Shown: positions 1 to 10,200 of the stretch, piece by piece
Layout of the letters: each line of letters begins with the position of its first letter
Position numbering within the stretch: the first letter of the stretch is position 1
Origin: Patescibacteria group bacterium
Lineage (GTDB): Bacteria; Patescibacteriota; Minisyncoccia; 2-02-FULL-40-12; GWA2-44-9
Direction: 5' to 3'
DNA length: 64,000 nt
NCBI GenBank assembly: GCA_038064515.1
Contig: JBBTSY010000007.1
Location: forward strand, 18,249-82,248
Position numbers and translations under genes: made by a program
The notes under the pieces: model-generated
Database searches by the model: none
Seen by the model: only the letters and a program-made list of their open reading frames with translations
Told to the model about the DNA's origin: nothing

Positions 1-247
1 CGATATTATGAGCGAGTACGACGCGCAGTTAGCTCTCTTTAGCTCCGAAAAAAAGAATCTATCCACACAAAATCCATTGGAACAAAAGATTCTTGGTATA
101 CTAGAGAGCGACGGCCCCTCGTTGCTTGACGAAATAATAAGAAAAGTGGATAGTGAAACGCCTACGGTTATCGCCGCCCTCTCCATGCTTGAAATTCATG
201 GAAGTGTGCAACAATTAAGTACCGGCAAATACACCACATGCAATTAG
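1..247 (+). CDS. dprA: DNA-processing protein DprA, C-terminal winged-helix part (5' end outside window)
   Basis: LEQKILGIL...LSMLEIHGSVQQ resembles the DprA C-terminal wHTH; directly upstream of topA (conserved dprA-topA order). Confidence 0.75.
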   Translation, partial: DIMSEYDAQLALFSSEKKNLSTQNPLEQKILGILESDGPSLLDEIIRKVDSETPTVIAALSMLEIHGSVQQLSTGKYTTCN

Positions 248-2292
248 TTATTGTCGAATCGCCAACTAAAGCAAAGACTATTTCCCGCTTTCTCGGCGGC
301 GATTTTATTGTTAAATCCTCATACGGCCATATCCGTGATCTTCCAAAATCAGAACTGGGTATTGATATAGAACATGACTTCGAACCAAAGTATATCGTGC
401 CCACCAAAGCGAAGAAAAATCTTACTGATTTAAAAAAAGATGCCATTAAAGCCGATACGATTATTTTAGCAACTGACGAAGATCGAGAAGGTGAAGCGAT
501 CGCATGGCATCTCTACGACGCCTTGGGCCTGGAAAAACTCCAAAAGAAAAATAAAGATCTTAAAATCCAGCGCATTGTATTCCATGAAATTACCAAGCAC
601 GCCATTGAAGCCGCGCTTGAAAAGCCCCGCGCAATCGATCAAGCCCTCGTTAATGCCCAACAAGCGCGACGTGTTTTAGATCGACTCGTTGGCTACAAAC
701 TCTCCCCCGTTCTCTGGAAGCGATATTATCGCGGTCTTTCAGCGGGACGCGTACAGTCTGTTGCCGCCCGTCTTATCGTTGAGCGCGAACGCGAAATTGA
801 AAAGTTTAAGCCAGAGGAATATTGGAGCATCACCGCATTTTTAGATCAGGGCCCAAAAACAAAAACCATTGAAGCTACGCTGGTAAAAATTGGAGATAAA
901 ACCATTGAAAAGCTTTCCATTAATAACGAGAAAAACGCCACCGAGATCACCAAAGATCTCGAGAACGCTCCATATACTGTCGAAAATGTCGACAAGCAGG
1001 AAGTCACGCGCTCGCCGTTCGCGCCATTTACCACCAGCACGCTCCAACAGGATTCTGTAAAAAAGTTGCACTTCTCTTCCAAGCAGACCATGATGATTGC
1101 CCAACAGCTCTATGAAGGTGTCGATATCGGCTCCGACGGATCCGTCGGTTTAATTACATACATGCGTACCGATTCGGTAAATCTCTCACAAGAAGCAATT
1201 TTAAAAGCCAAGAGCTACATCGATAAAAACCTCGGTAATCAATACCACGAAGAGCGTCACTTTAAGACGAAATTAAAATCGGCCCAAGAAGCACACGAAG
1301 CAATTCGCCCAAGTCATCCCGAGCACTCGCCGGAAAATATCCAGAAATACCTGACGCCACAACAGTATAAGGTTTATGATCTCATCTGGCGGCGCTTTAT
1401 CGCCTCACAAATGACGAAAGCTGTCTTCGATGCCAGCACGATTGAAATCAAAGCCCCCTCGAATTCCTCGGGGCAAGTCAAGCAGTATCTCTTCCGAGCT
1501 AACGGTTCCACTATGAAGTTTGACGGCTTCCTGAAAATCTACCCAACAAAATACGAAGAAAATGAATTACCGGTCGTGAAAGTTGGCGAAAAGTTAGATC
1601 TTCAAGAATTAAAACCAGAACAACACTTCACTAAACCACCGGCACGATTTAATGAAGCCTCCCTGATTAAAATATTAGAAAAGGAAGGTATCGGCCGACC
1701 ATCCACTTACGCGCCTATTATTTCCACTATCCAAAATCGTAAATATGTAGAAAAGGACCGATCTCGATATTTCCATCCCACCGAAATCGGCATTCTTGTT
1801 AATGATTTCCTCGTTGAGCATTTTCCCGAAATTGTTGACATTAAATTCACGTCCCGCATGGAAGACGAACTTGACGAGATCGCCGCTGGAAAAATGGAAT
1901 GGGTACCGACGATTCGTGCTTTTTACACGCCGCTGGAAAAAGGATTAAAAGAAAAAACTGAAGAAGCCCAAAAAGAAAAAACTGCCGACCAGGAACTCAC
2001 TGACAAGATCTGCGACAAGTGCGGCAGTCCCATGGTTATCAAGCTCGGACGATTTGGTAAATTCACGGCTTGCTCTAAATTTCCGGAATGTAAGAACATT
2101 CTCAAAGAGGAGAAGAAAGAACCGGAGAAGACCGGAGAAAAATGCGAGAAATGCGAAACGGGCGAATTAGTCATACGTTATGGCCGTTTCGGCAAATTCA
2201 TTGCTTGCTCCAACTATCCCGAATGTAAAAACACTCGAAAGATTAAAAAGGAAAGCGAAGAAACTCCCGCAGAAGAAAAGAAAGAAGAATAA
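238..2292 (+). CDS. topA: DNA topoisomerase I
   Basis: IVESPTKAKTI TOPRIM start, ATDEDREGE, SAGRVQS, ITYMRTDS, C-terminal zinc ribbons. Confidence 0.98.
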   Translation: MQLVIVESPTKAKTISRFLGGDFIVKSSYGHIRDLPKSELGIDIEHDFEPKYIVPTKAKKNLTDLKKDAIKADTIILATDEDREGEAIAWHLYDALGLEKLQKKNKDLKIQRIVFHEITKHAIEAALEKPRAIDQALVNAQQARRVLDRLVGYKLSPVLWKRYYRGLSAGRVQSVAARLIVEREREIEKFKPEEYWSITAFLDQGPKTKTIEATLVKIGDKTIEKLSINNEKNATEITKDLENAPYTVENVDKQEVTRSPFAPFTTSTLQQDSVKKLHFSSKQTMMIAQQLYEGVDIGSDGSVGLITYMRTDSVNLSQEAILKAKSYIDKNLGNQYHEERHFKTKLKSAQEAHEAIRPSHPEHSPENIQKYLTPQQYKVYDLIWRRFIASQMTKAVFDASTIEIKAPSNSSGQVKQYLFRANGSTMKFDGFLKIYPTKYEENELPVVKVGEKLDLQELKPEQHFTKPPARFNEASLIKILEKEGIGRPSTYAPIISTIQNRKYVEKDRSRYFHPTEIGILVNDFLVEHFPEIVDIKFTSRMEDELDEIAAGKMEWVPTIRAFYTPLEKGLKEKTEEAQKEKTADQELTDKICDKCGSPMVIKLGRFGKFTACSKFPECKNILKEEKKEPEKTGEKCEKCETGELVIRYGRFGKFIACSNYPECKNTRKIKKESEETPAEEKKEE

Positions 2293-2304
2293 AATTTAGG
2301 CGGG

Positions 2305-3186
2305 TCAATCAATAATCGCCTTCGCAATCGTATTCAGCTGTTCGTGATCTGCAAAACGAATGACGATCTGTCCGCCCCTCTCCGTCGCTTTAATGAGAAC
2401 CGGCACGCAAAGATGTTCGCCAAGATTTTTTTCGAGTAGTACGAATCGGTGATCTTTCTTGCCGTGGCCCGTTGTTGTTCTCGCGCTTGCGGCCGCTTCC
2501 TCTACATCCCTGGAAGAAAAACCACCTTTGAGAATTTGGTTATAGACATCTTTCTGCCTTGATTCATCCGCAAAAGATAGGAGTGCGCGAGCATGAGCAT
2601 TCGTGATGCTTCCGTCGCGGAGAGCGTCTTTGATATATTTGGGAAGTTTCAGTAAGCGGACGGCATTGGTCACCACTTCGCGAGACTTGGAAACTTTTTC
2701 GGCGATTTCCCTATGCGTCAATCCGAATTCATTCTGTAATCGCTCATAGGCTTCAGCTTCTTCCATCGGATTAAGATCCTCGCGTTGCACGTTTTCAATA
2801 AGCGATATTTCGAGGCGTTCACTCTTTTGCTCAGGCAATTCGTCACGGATGATAACCGGGACATGCGGCAATCCGGCCAACTGCGAAGCGCGTAATCGGC
2901 GTTCGCCGGCTATGAGCTGATAAAAAACATTCAGGCCGCGGGAAGTATTCTCTTCAACTTTCGAAACCAGCAATGGCTGTAAGACGCCAAATTTGCGGAT
3001 GGATTTCGAAAGTTCGACTAAGCTTTCTTTATCGAAATCTTTTCGAGGCTGATCTGGATTCGGTCGGATCTTATGCACCTCAACATAAAACACATTCTCC
3101 TTGGCAATTGTCGAAGGTCTAAGATGCGTACCTTCCGCAGGGATAAGAGAATTCAAACCTTTACCGAGACCAAAGAATTTTTTCAT
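2305..3186 (-). CDS. parB: ParB/Spo0J partition protein
   Basis: PNPDQPRK, IAGERRLRA, IENVQREDLNP motifs; adjacent to parA. Confidence 0.95.
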   Translation of the reverse strand: MKKFFGLGKGLNSLIPAEGTHLRPSTIAKENVFYVEVHKIRPNPDQPRKDFDKESLVELSKSIRKFGVLQPLLVSKVEENTSRGLNVFYQLIAGERRLRASQLAGLPHVPVIIRDELPEQKSERLEISLIENVQREDLNPMEEAEAYERLQNEFGLTHREIAEKVSKSREVVTNAVRLLKLPKYIKDALRDGSITNAHARALLSFADESRQKDVYNQILKGGFSSRDVEEAAASARTTTGHGKKDHRFVLLEKNLGEHLCVPVLIKATERGGQIVIRFADHEQLNTIAKAIID

Positions 3187-3206
3187 AGGATATTACTTGG
3201 TACGCC

Positions 3207-3968
3207 TTATGCAATTTTAATAATTTCTTCCGCAAGCTGACGATACGCCTGCGCCGCTTTCGATCCGGGATCAAACTGCAGAAGCGTTTTACCAAAGCTG
3301 GGCGCTTCCGCCACCGATACCATGCGCGGCACTACCGATTCAAAAACGCGACCGGGGAAATTTTTCATCACCTCATTAAGCACCTGCTGGGATAATTGGT
3401 TGCGCTTATCATACATTGTAAGCAAGACGCCCAACACTTGCAAATCGGGGTTTAAGCCACCGCGAATAAGTTCGATGGTTTTCAGAAGCTGGCCCAATCC
3501 TTCCAGAGCAAAATACTCGCATTGCACCGGAATTAATACCTTTTCCGAAGCGGCTAAGGCATTGACGGTAAGAAGTCCGAGCGAAGGCGGACAATCGATG
3601 AGGATATAATCATAGTTTGTGCGGAGAGAATCCAGAACCCGCTTCAAGCGGAATTCCCGATCTTCCATGGATACTAACTCTACGTTTGCCCCCGCAAGAC
3701 TTTGAGCGGCTGGTAAAATATCAAAACCAAACAGCGAAGTTTTTCTAATAAATCCCTGCGGATTCTGATCGTCAACAAGCGCGTGGTAGACATTATAATT
3801 ACTTTCTTCCAAGTGTACGCCTAAGCCAGTTGTGGCATTCGCTTGCGCGTCCATATCAACAAGCAATACATATTTTCCAAGAGCCGTAAGATAGGCACCC
3901 AAATTAGTTGCTGTCGTAGTCTTCCCGACCCCGCCTTTGGCATTACAGATACTGATGATACGCGCCAT
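3207..3968 (-). CDS. parA: ParA/Soj ATPase
   Basis: KGGVGKTTT deviant Walker A, DCPPSLG, EAPSFG. Confidence 0.96.
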   Translation of the reverse strand: MARIISICNAKGGVGKTTTATNLGAYLTALGKYVLLVDMDAQANATTGLGVHLEESNYNVYHALVDDQNPQGFIRKTSLFGFDILPAAQSLAGANVELVSMEDREFRLKRVLDSLRTNYDYILIDCPPSLGLLTVNALAASEKVLIPVQCEYFALEGLGQLLKTIELIRGGLNPDLQVLGVLLTMYDKRNQLSQQVLNEVMKNFPGRVFESVVPRMVSVAEAPSFGKTLLQFDPGSKAAQAYRQLAEEIIKIA

Positions 3969-4067
3969 ATTTCACTAATAATAGCACCATCTAAAGAAAA
4001 AGAAAGGTTGAAAACTCACCAAAACATGCTAGAATAGCCCTGCTATTACATGCGCCATGCACATGAC

Positions 4068-4153
4068 GCCCGGGTGGTGGAAGGGCATACACGTACGACT
4101 CAAAATCGTATGGCCGCAAGGCCGTGTGGGTTCAAGTCCCACCCCGGGCACCA
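4068..4153 (+). tRNA. tRNA-Leu(CAA)
   Basis: GCCCGGG/CCCGGGC acceptor stem, anticodon loop CTCAAAA, long variable arm, GGTTCAAGTCC T-arm, encoded CCA. Confidence 0.95.
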
Positions 4154-4222
4154 GTAGTAACTTGTTCGGAATTGACTGCTCCGCGGGATTAGATATTTTC
4201 ATAGATGAACTTTTGAAATAAT

Positions 4223-4978
4223 ATGAAGAAGGAAAAATTTCTAGACAATTTCTTGAATAAGATCATCTGCGGCAATGCCGTTGATGTAATGAAACAAATA
4301 CCCGACGGCTCGATTCATTTAGTGATTACTTCGCCTCCATATAATCTCAAAAATTCAACTGGCAACGGGATGAAAGACGGTCGAGGCGGAAAATGGGCAA
4401 ACGCCGCCCTGCAAAAGGGCTATTCGCACCACGACGATTGTATGCCACACAATGAGTATGTAAAGTGGCAACGAGATTGCCTGACAGAGATGATGAGGAT
4501 TATTCCAGAGGACGGAGCAATTTTTTATAACCACAAGTGGCGTGTGCAGGGCGGCTTATTGCAAGACCGCCAAGATATTGTAAGCGGTTTTCCGGTTCGT
4601 CAGGTAATAATTTGGAAACGGAAAGGCGGCCTCAATTTTAACGCCGGATATTTCTTGCCAACTTATGAAGTTATTTATCTTATCGCCAAGCCAGAATTCA
4701 AACTTGCGACAAAAGCGAACGCTCACGGCGATGTCTGGGAGTTTACGCAAGAAATGAACAACGCACATCCAGCTGCTTTCCCAGTGAGCTTGATTGACCG
4801 GATTGTTTCTGCCACGGACGCTAACATTGTATTGGACCCGTTCATGGGTTCCGGCACAACGGCGATCTCTGCGATAAACTTCAAGCGGAATTATATCGGG
4901 ATTGATATTTCACCGAAGTATTGCGAAATGGCGAAAAAGAGAATAAAACAACATCAGTCCCAATCCAAACTTTTGTAA
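4223..4978 (+). CDS. DNA methyltransferase, beta class, probably N4-cytosine
   Basis: TSPPY catalytic motif precedes DPFMGSGTT SAM-binding motif; HPAAFP. Confidence 0.92.
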   Translation: MKKEKFLDNFLNKIICGNAVDVMKQIPDGSIHLVITSPPYNLKNSTGNGMKDGRGGKWANAALQKGYSHHDDCMPHNEYVKWQRDCLTEMMRIIPEDGAIFYNHKWRVQGGLLQDRQDIVSGFPVRQVIIWKRKGGLNFNAGYFLPTYEVIYLIAKPEFKLATKANAHGDVWEFTQEMNNAHPAAFPVSLIDRIVSATDANIVLDPFMGSGTTAISAINFKRNYIGIDISPKYCEMAKKRIKQHQSQSKLL

Positions 4979-4982
4979 TACT

Positions 4983-5780
4983 ATGAAAAAGAAACCTATC
5001 ATCTACACAAAACCCACACTTATTGCGAAACTCAAAGAGATTTCAGCGATGGAATTTGTTCCAAACACGCGACGAGGCAATGCCGGCAGTATTGGAAATA
5101 CGCTTGAAGATTTACTAGGTATTAGGGAAAACAATTTACCAATTCCGAACGCCGCAGAATGGGAATTGAAAGCGCAACGCCTCAATTCAACCTCACTGAC
5201 AACACTTTTCCATATTGAACCCTCGCCACGCGCCATTCGCTTTGTCCCGCAAGTGTTATTGCCAAAATATGGCTGGGCACATCAAGAGGATGGCAAGAAG
5301 TATCCAAAAAGAGAAATGAGCTATCGGCAAACAATCCACGGAAATTCACGAAGTGATCGCGGCTTCAAAGTCATGATTAATCGAAAGGAACGCAAAATTT
5401 TGATTTCCTTCGACGCGAAAAGTGTTGATTCACGACATAAGGGTTGGCTTGAATCGGTCAAAAAGCGTGTTGGTCTTGGGGAGCTCAATCCGCAACCATA
5501 TTGGGGTTTCGATGATTTGGAGCATAAGGCTGGAACAAAATTACTCAATGCTTTTTATGTTCAGGCTGAAGTAAAAATAGTACGCAAAAAAGAACATTAT
5601 CATTATACGAAAGTAATGATGTTGCAGAAATTTAGTTTTGAAGGATTTTTGAAAGCGTTGGAGGAAGGAAAAATCCTTGTGGATTTTGACGCTCGCACTG
5701 GACACAATCACGGCACAAAATTCCGCATGAGACAGAACTGCTTGCCGATGTTGTACGAAAAAGCTACAGTAATTACCTAA
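4983..5780 (+). CDS. MvaI/BcnI-family type II restriction endonuclease
   Basis: GNTLEDLLGIRENN, WELKAQR, TLFH, HNHGTKFR typical of the family; coupled to the MTase. Confidence 0.85.
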   Translation: MKKKPIIYTKPTLIAKLKEISAMEFVPNTRRGNAGSIGNTLEDLLGIRENNLPIPNAAEWELKAQRLNSTSLTTLFHIEPSPRAIRFVPQVLLPKYGWAHQEDGKKYPKREMSYRQTIHGNSRSDRGFKVMINRKERKILISFDAKSVDSRHKGWLESVKKRVGLGELNPQPYWGFDDLEHKAGTKLLNAFYVQAEVKIVRKKEHYHYTKVMMLQKFSFEGFLKALEEGKILVDFDARTGHNHGTKFRMRQNCLPMLYEKATVIT

Positions 5781-5784
5781 ATCT

Positions 5785-6720
5785 ATGGCAGAAGAAATCG
5801 AGAAAAAAGAAAAGAGGCCGGGACCAAAGATAAACGGCGAAAAGAAAGAGGAATTATCGCCGCTTAAAAAATTACTCAAGAAAAGTGATGTTCTTTTGAT
5901 GCTCTATCCGAAAGACGCGGATGGGTATTTTTCAGAGAGTATTCAGGCGAAAGATGAGATAACAGTTTATAAGTTGCTCTGCGATCGAAAGGAGACAAAG
6001 GAATCTCTTGTTATTTTGCTTGATACAAGTGGTGGTAATGTTTATTCGGCAGTAAAAATAATGGACACCTTACGCACCAAATACAAAGATATTACAATTG
6101 CTATTCCGCAAGAAGCAAAAAGCTCAGGAACGATGATGTGTTGTGGAGCCGACAAACTCATTATGGGACCAATTTCAGAACTTGGCCCACTCGATAAGCC
6201 AATGATTCACCCCGATAATGAAACTGCTCGGATATCGGCATTGGACATTGTGAAATCCATTGATGGAATGTTAGATACTGCAGAGGAACGAGAAAAAGAA
6301 CTTGCAAAGGAAATTAATGTAGAATTTGGTATTCCAATGCAAAAAAGTCTGGCTCTTGCCAGTGACTCAATTTCAAAATTGATTTCCCCAATGCTCTGCA
6401 AGGAAGATGTAAAAATTTACAACCAAGCAAAACGTCTTTTAGCAATCGCAGAAAATTATGGAAAAGAATTTTTGATCGGATTCATGCTAAAATATATAGA
6501 CAAAGAAAAACTGCGCGAGCGCATTGCTAATATGATTATCCGTCGGTTGGTGTGGCTTTATCCTGATCATGGTTTTGCTGTTCGACGTAATGAATTACGA
6601 GAGTGGTTTTTTATGATTGCTGATGCCGAAAAGGTTGAATACTGGGACGAATTGTGGAAAGAATTTGAGCAAAATATCGGATCAAGCCGAGGCAAGATCA
6701 TAAAGTTTTTGAATCCATGA
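5785..6720 (+). CDS. ClpP/crotonase-class serine protease (SDH_sah-like)
   Basis: LDTSGG, AKSSGTMMCCGAD, SELGPLD, YPDHG motifs. Confidence 0.75.
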   Translation: MAEEIEKKEKRPGPKINGEKKEELSPLKKLLKKSDVLLMLYPKDADGYFSESIQAKDEITVYKLLCDRKETKESLVILLDTSGGNVYSAVKIMDTLRTKYKDITIAIPQEAKSSGTMMCCGADKLIMGPISELGPLDKPMIHPDNETARISALDIVKSIDGMLDTAEEREKELAKEINVEFGIPMQKSLALASDSISKLISPMLCKEDVKIYNQAKRLLAIAENYGKEFLIGFMLKYIDKEKLRERIANMIIRRLVWLYPDHGFAVRRNELREWFFMIADAEKVEYWDELWKEFEQNIGSSRGKIIKFLNP

Positions 6721-6920
6721 TTATGACTCAAGCATATTTATCACAATTGAATACGACAAGAAACGATGATAAGAAAATTATTTTGCCGAAACCCGATGAC
6801 ACGCCTATCAGCGCGAGCGAAAAGTTAGTCAAAGAAGATATAAGGAAACTGACACAAAACTCCGAAGATATCAGAAAACTGAAAGAGCAAGTTAATAACA
6901 AAAAAGAAGATAGCAAGTAG
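6717..6920 (+). CDS. small hypothetical protein
   Basis: ATGA overlap with the upstream protease stop suggests translational coupling. Confidence 0.5.
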   Translation: MIMTQAYLSQLNTTRNDDKKIILPKPDDTPISASEKLVKEDIRKLTQNSEDIRKLKEQVNNKKEDSK

Positions 6921-6969
6921 AATAATGTCGTCGCCAAAAAAGGTTCACGCAAAGTGTATAATTACAGCA

Positions 6970-7791
6970 CTAAAAGTTGAGTCTTACGAGATTCTCCAGA
7001 ACTGCGACAATGACCAGCGGGCCCATACCGCCGGGCACGGGTGTAATAAGTGATGCCTTTTTGGCGACTTTTTTGAATTCAACGTCGCCGGCTACTATGC
7101 CGCCTTTCAAGCTATAGCCATAATCAATCACAATTGCGTCCTGCTTTACCATATCTGCCGTAATTAATCCGGGCTTACCCACGCCAGTGATGATTATGCC
7201 CGCTTGTTGAGAATATTTTTCAGGGTTTGCCGTGAATTCATCAATCATAAACACTTGAGCGCCCTTTGATTTAAGCCAATGCGTAATCGGCTTGCCTACG
7301 AGACGGCCCTGACCGAAGACTGCCGCCTTCTTACCCAGAGGGTTGATGCTGTATTTTTCAAAAACCATGTTGAGCGCCTGCACGGCGGGCGGCAAAATAG
7401 TCAAAGCATTCTTATAAAATCCCTCTTCCTTCTCGGATGTAAGCACGTCAACATCTTTCCTTGGATCAATGAGATTAAGAATTTCCTGCGCATTGAAATG
7501 CTCCGGCACGGGTAATTCCACGAGTATGCCCTGCGTATTCGGATCTTTCGAAAGCCATTTCATTGATGCCTTAATAGTCTCCAGCGTAGCATCACCGGCA
7601 ATTTCATACGCTGAAAATTCTATTCCGATGCTCTGGGCGGCTTTTTTCTTCAGTTGTACGAATTTTTTCAGCGCCGGGTTATCCCCGATAATAATCGCCG
7701 CGAGCTGAAGCTCAAGATGTTTTCCGTCAATCTCCTGCTTTAAGCGCGCGAGCGCTCCCTGCGCTAACTGTTGGCCGTCAATTATTGCCAT
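6970..7791 (-). CDS. folD: methylenetetrahydrofolate dehydrogenase/cyclohydrolase
   Basis: KDVD, VGKP, TPVPGGMGP motifs. Confidence 0.93.
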   Translation of the reverse strand: MAIIDGQQLAQGALARLKQEIDGKHLELQLAAIIIGDNPALKKFVQLKKKAAQSIGIEFSAYEIAGDATLETIKASMKWLSKDPNTQGILVELPVPEHFNAQEILNLIDPRKDVDVLTSEKEEGFYKNALTILPPAVQALNMVFEKYSINPLGKKAAVFGQGRLVGKPITHWLKSKGAQVFMIDEFTANPEKYSQQAGIIITGVGKPGLITADMVKQDAIVIDYGYSLKGGIVAGDVEFKKVAKKASLITPVPGGMGPLVIVAVLENLVRLNF

Positions 7792-9023
7792 AAAGGAAAT
7801 TTATTCGTCAGTTTCAGTATATCTTTTTTCACCTTTTGGGGAGAAGTTCGATCCAAGAGTGCCGCTTTGATAGAAGCCGCGATCAGGCGCATTTCTTTCT
7901 CCTTCATCCCGCGCGTAGTTATCGCTGGCGTGCCGATCCTAATACCCGAAGGATCCCACGGCTTACGTGTATCGTTAGGAATCATATTTTTATTCACGAT
8001 AATTCCCGCTTTTTCCAAGAGCTCCCCGGCTTCCTTTCCCGAAAGACCGGTAGCTGTAAGATCCGCGAGAAAAAAATGAGTATCCGTGCCGCCGGAAATA
8101 ATCGTAAATCCATAAGCCGAGAGTTCTTGGGCTAATATTTTAGCATTTAGCACTATCTGTCGAGCATATTTTTTAAATGCCGGCCTAAGAGCCTCTCGGG
8201 CCATAATCGCCATGGCAAAAATCGTGTTCTCGTGCGGACCGCCCTGCAATCCCGGAAATACCGCCTTATCGATCGCCTCGCCTAATTCTTTGCGGCTAAT
8301 GATGATTGCCGCTCGAGGACCACGTAATGTCTTTTGGGTAGTGGTAACCACAACATCGGCATGCGGAAAAGGCGAAGGGTGTACGCCGCCGGCGATCAAC
8401 CCGGCAATGTGCGATACGTCCGCCATGAGATATGCTCCCACATCCTTGGCAATGCGGGCGAATTTCTTGAAATCCAGCGTTCGCGCGTAGGCGGAAGCGC
8501 CGCAGATGATCAGCTTTGGTTTGTGTTTTTGCGCCAAGCGCTCAACTTCTTTCATATCAATGCGACCGTCCTCGCCCACGCCGTAATGGGTGAAATTCCA
8601 GACGGAACTCGTAAAGCTGACGCGATGACCATGCGTAAGATGGCCGCCGTGTTCCAGTGACATCGCCAGAACCTTATCGCCTGGCTTTAGGAGCGCGACA
8701 TACACGGCAAGATTCGCAATACTGCCCGAGTATGGTTGCACATTCATAGACCAACTTCGAGATGTAATACGAAACACACGGAACAATAATTCCCTTGTTA
8801 ATGTTTCGATGGTATCAATGATCTGGTTGCCAAAATAGTAACGTTGCCCTGGTTTTCCCTCCGCATATTTATCGGTAAACCTCGTACCGAGCGCTTCTAG
8901 AACTGCCGGAGAGACATAATTCTCCGACGCGATTAAATTTACCGCATCTTTATGACGCCTCATCTCTGCCTCCAAAAGGCGATAGAGTTCATGATGATTT
9001 TTTTTAAGGGTTGGGTATTTCAT
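7782..9023 (-). CDS. glyA: serine hydroxymethyltransferase
   Basis: LIASENY, KYAEG, GGHLTHG, TTTQKTLRGPR, QGGP. Confidence 0.97.
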   Translation of the reverse strand: MKYPTLKKNHHELYRLLEAEMRRHKDAVNLIASENYVSPAVLEALGTRFTDKYAEGKPGQRYYFGNQIIDTIETLTRELLFRVFRITSRSWSMNVQPYSGSIANLAVYVALLKPGDKVLAMSLEHGGHLTHGHRVSFTSSVWNFTHYGVGEDGRIDMKEVERLAQKHKPKLIICGASAYARTLDFKKFARIAKDVGAYLMADVSHIAGLIAGGVHPSPFPHADVVVTTTQKTLRGPRAAIIISRKELGEAIDKAVFPGLQGGPHENTIFAMAIMAREALRPAFKKYARQIVLNAKILAQELSAYGFTIISGGTDTHFFLADLTATGLSGKEAGELLEKAGIIVNKNMIPNDTRKPWDPSGIRIGTPAITTRGMKEKEMRLIAASIKAALLDRTSPQKVKKDILKLTNKFPLWQ

Positions 9024-9658
9024 ATTCCCAATAATTCCATGAGTTGTTGCGGTTTCGCGGCGCCGACATGGAGGATCTTAGGTTGCGCGCCGGTAAAATC
9101 AATTAAGGTAGGGGGTTCGGAGGGCGGCAGGGTACCGACATCAATTACCAGATCGGGCATTACCAGACTGTGCGACAGTGATTCGATAATCTCTTCAACG
9201 CGCTGAATCGGTTTGTTTCCGGAGACATTAGCTGAAGTCATTGTCAGCGGATAGCCGTACTTTCCTAACAGCGTATCCACCATTTTGTAATCGGGAATAC
9301 GAATAGCCACATTGGGATGCCCCGCTGTGACGACATCAGGCACGATGCTATTTTTTGGAAGTACCGCCGTCACCACCCCAGGCCATATCTTTTCGAGCAT
9401 ATACTCCTGCTTGGGCGTGATTTTTGCCAGCTCTTTCACCCATTTCATGTTGCGCGCGCTGATAGGCAATGGCTTTAGAAAGCTTCGTTGTTTAATTTTA
9501 AAAACTCGCTCCACCGCCTCCACGTTGAGCGCATTAGCGGCCAGCCCGTACAGAGTATCGGTGGGATAGAGCACCACTCCGCCCGCTTCCAAAACATTAA
9601 TCACTTCGACAATCACGGGAGCATAATCTTTTGTGGGATCGACTTGGATAATCTTCAT
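9020..9658 (-). CDS. tsaC: threonylcarbamoyl-AMP synthase (Sua5/TsaC)
   Basis: YPTDTLYGL, KQR..KPL, TSANVSG. Confidence 0.92.
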   Translation of the reverse strand: MKIIQVDPTKDYAPVIVEVINVLEAGGVVLYPTDTLYGLAANALNVEAVERVFKIKQRSFLKPLPISARNMKWVKELAKITPKQEYMLEKIWPGVVTAVLPKNSIVPDVVTAGHPNVAIRIPDYKMVDTLLGKYGYPLTMTSANVSGNKPIQRVEEIIESLSHSLVMPDLVIDVGTLPPSEPPTLIDFTGAQPKILHVGAAKPQQLMELLGI

Positions 9659-9711
9659 TTCCCTGAAAATTTAAAAAAGAGTCCGGAGACTCCTCCCCAT
9701 CGTCAACGAGA

Positions 9712-10146
9712 TTAGCTGACGGTTGCTTCAGCTTTTGGTTCTGTTGCCTCCTTAACTGATTCAGCGGGAGTTTCGGGCGCGGGAGGAGTCGGCTCGGCTT
9801 CCGGAGCGGCCATATCGGCAACTGGTTTTTCGGCCTTCGGAGCTACGGGAGCTGAAGCGGCCGCTACGGGGGCTTCTTTTACTTTCGGCCTCCAGCTTTC
9901 CATCTTCGGACGGTCCCATATTTTATAATTTACCATCAAATTATTGACGGTTGGCGAGATTTGAGCGCCCTTTGAGAGCCAGTACTCAATTCGTTCTTTT
10001 TCCGCCTTAAATTGTTTTTCGTGAGGATTATATGAACCTAAAAGTTCGAGGTATTTTCCCTGGGGCTTTTTCGTGTGTTCGACGGCGACAATGCGAAAAT
10101 AGGCTTGTCCTTTTTTGCCGATACGTTGTAGCCTGATCTTTAACAT
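9712..10146 (-). CDS. rpsP: 30S ribosomal protein S16 with Ala/Pro/Glu-rich tail
   Basis: MLKIRLQRIGKK...LGSYNP...WLSKGAQ. Confidence 0.96.
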   Translation of the reverse strand: MLKIRLQRIGKKGQAYFRIVAVEHTKKPQGKYLELLGSYNPHEKQFKAEKERIEYWLSKGAQISPTVNNLMVNYKIWDRPKMESWRPKVKEAPVAAASAPVAPKAEKPVADMAAPEAEPTPPAPETPAESVKEATEPKAEATVS

Positions 10147-10200
10147 AAATGACCTGAAAATGATAACAGAAGTTCTCTATTTAGGCAAGTTAGGTAAAAA

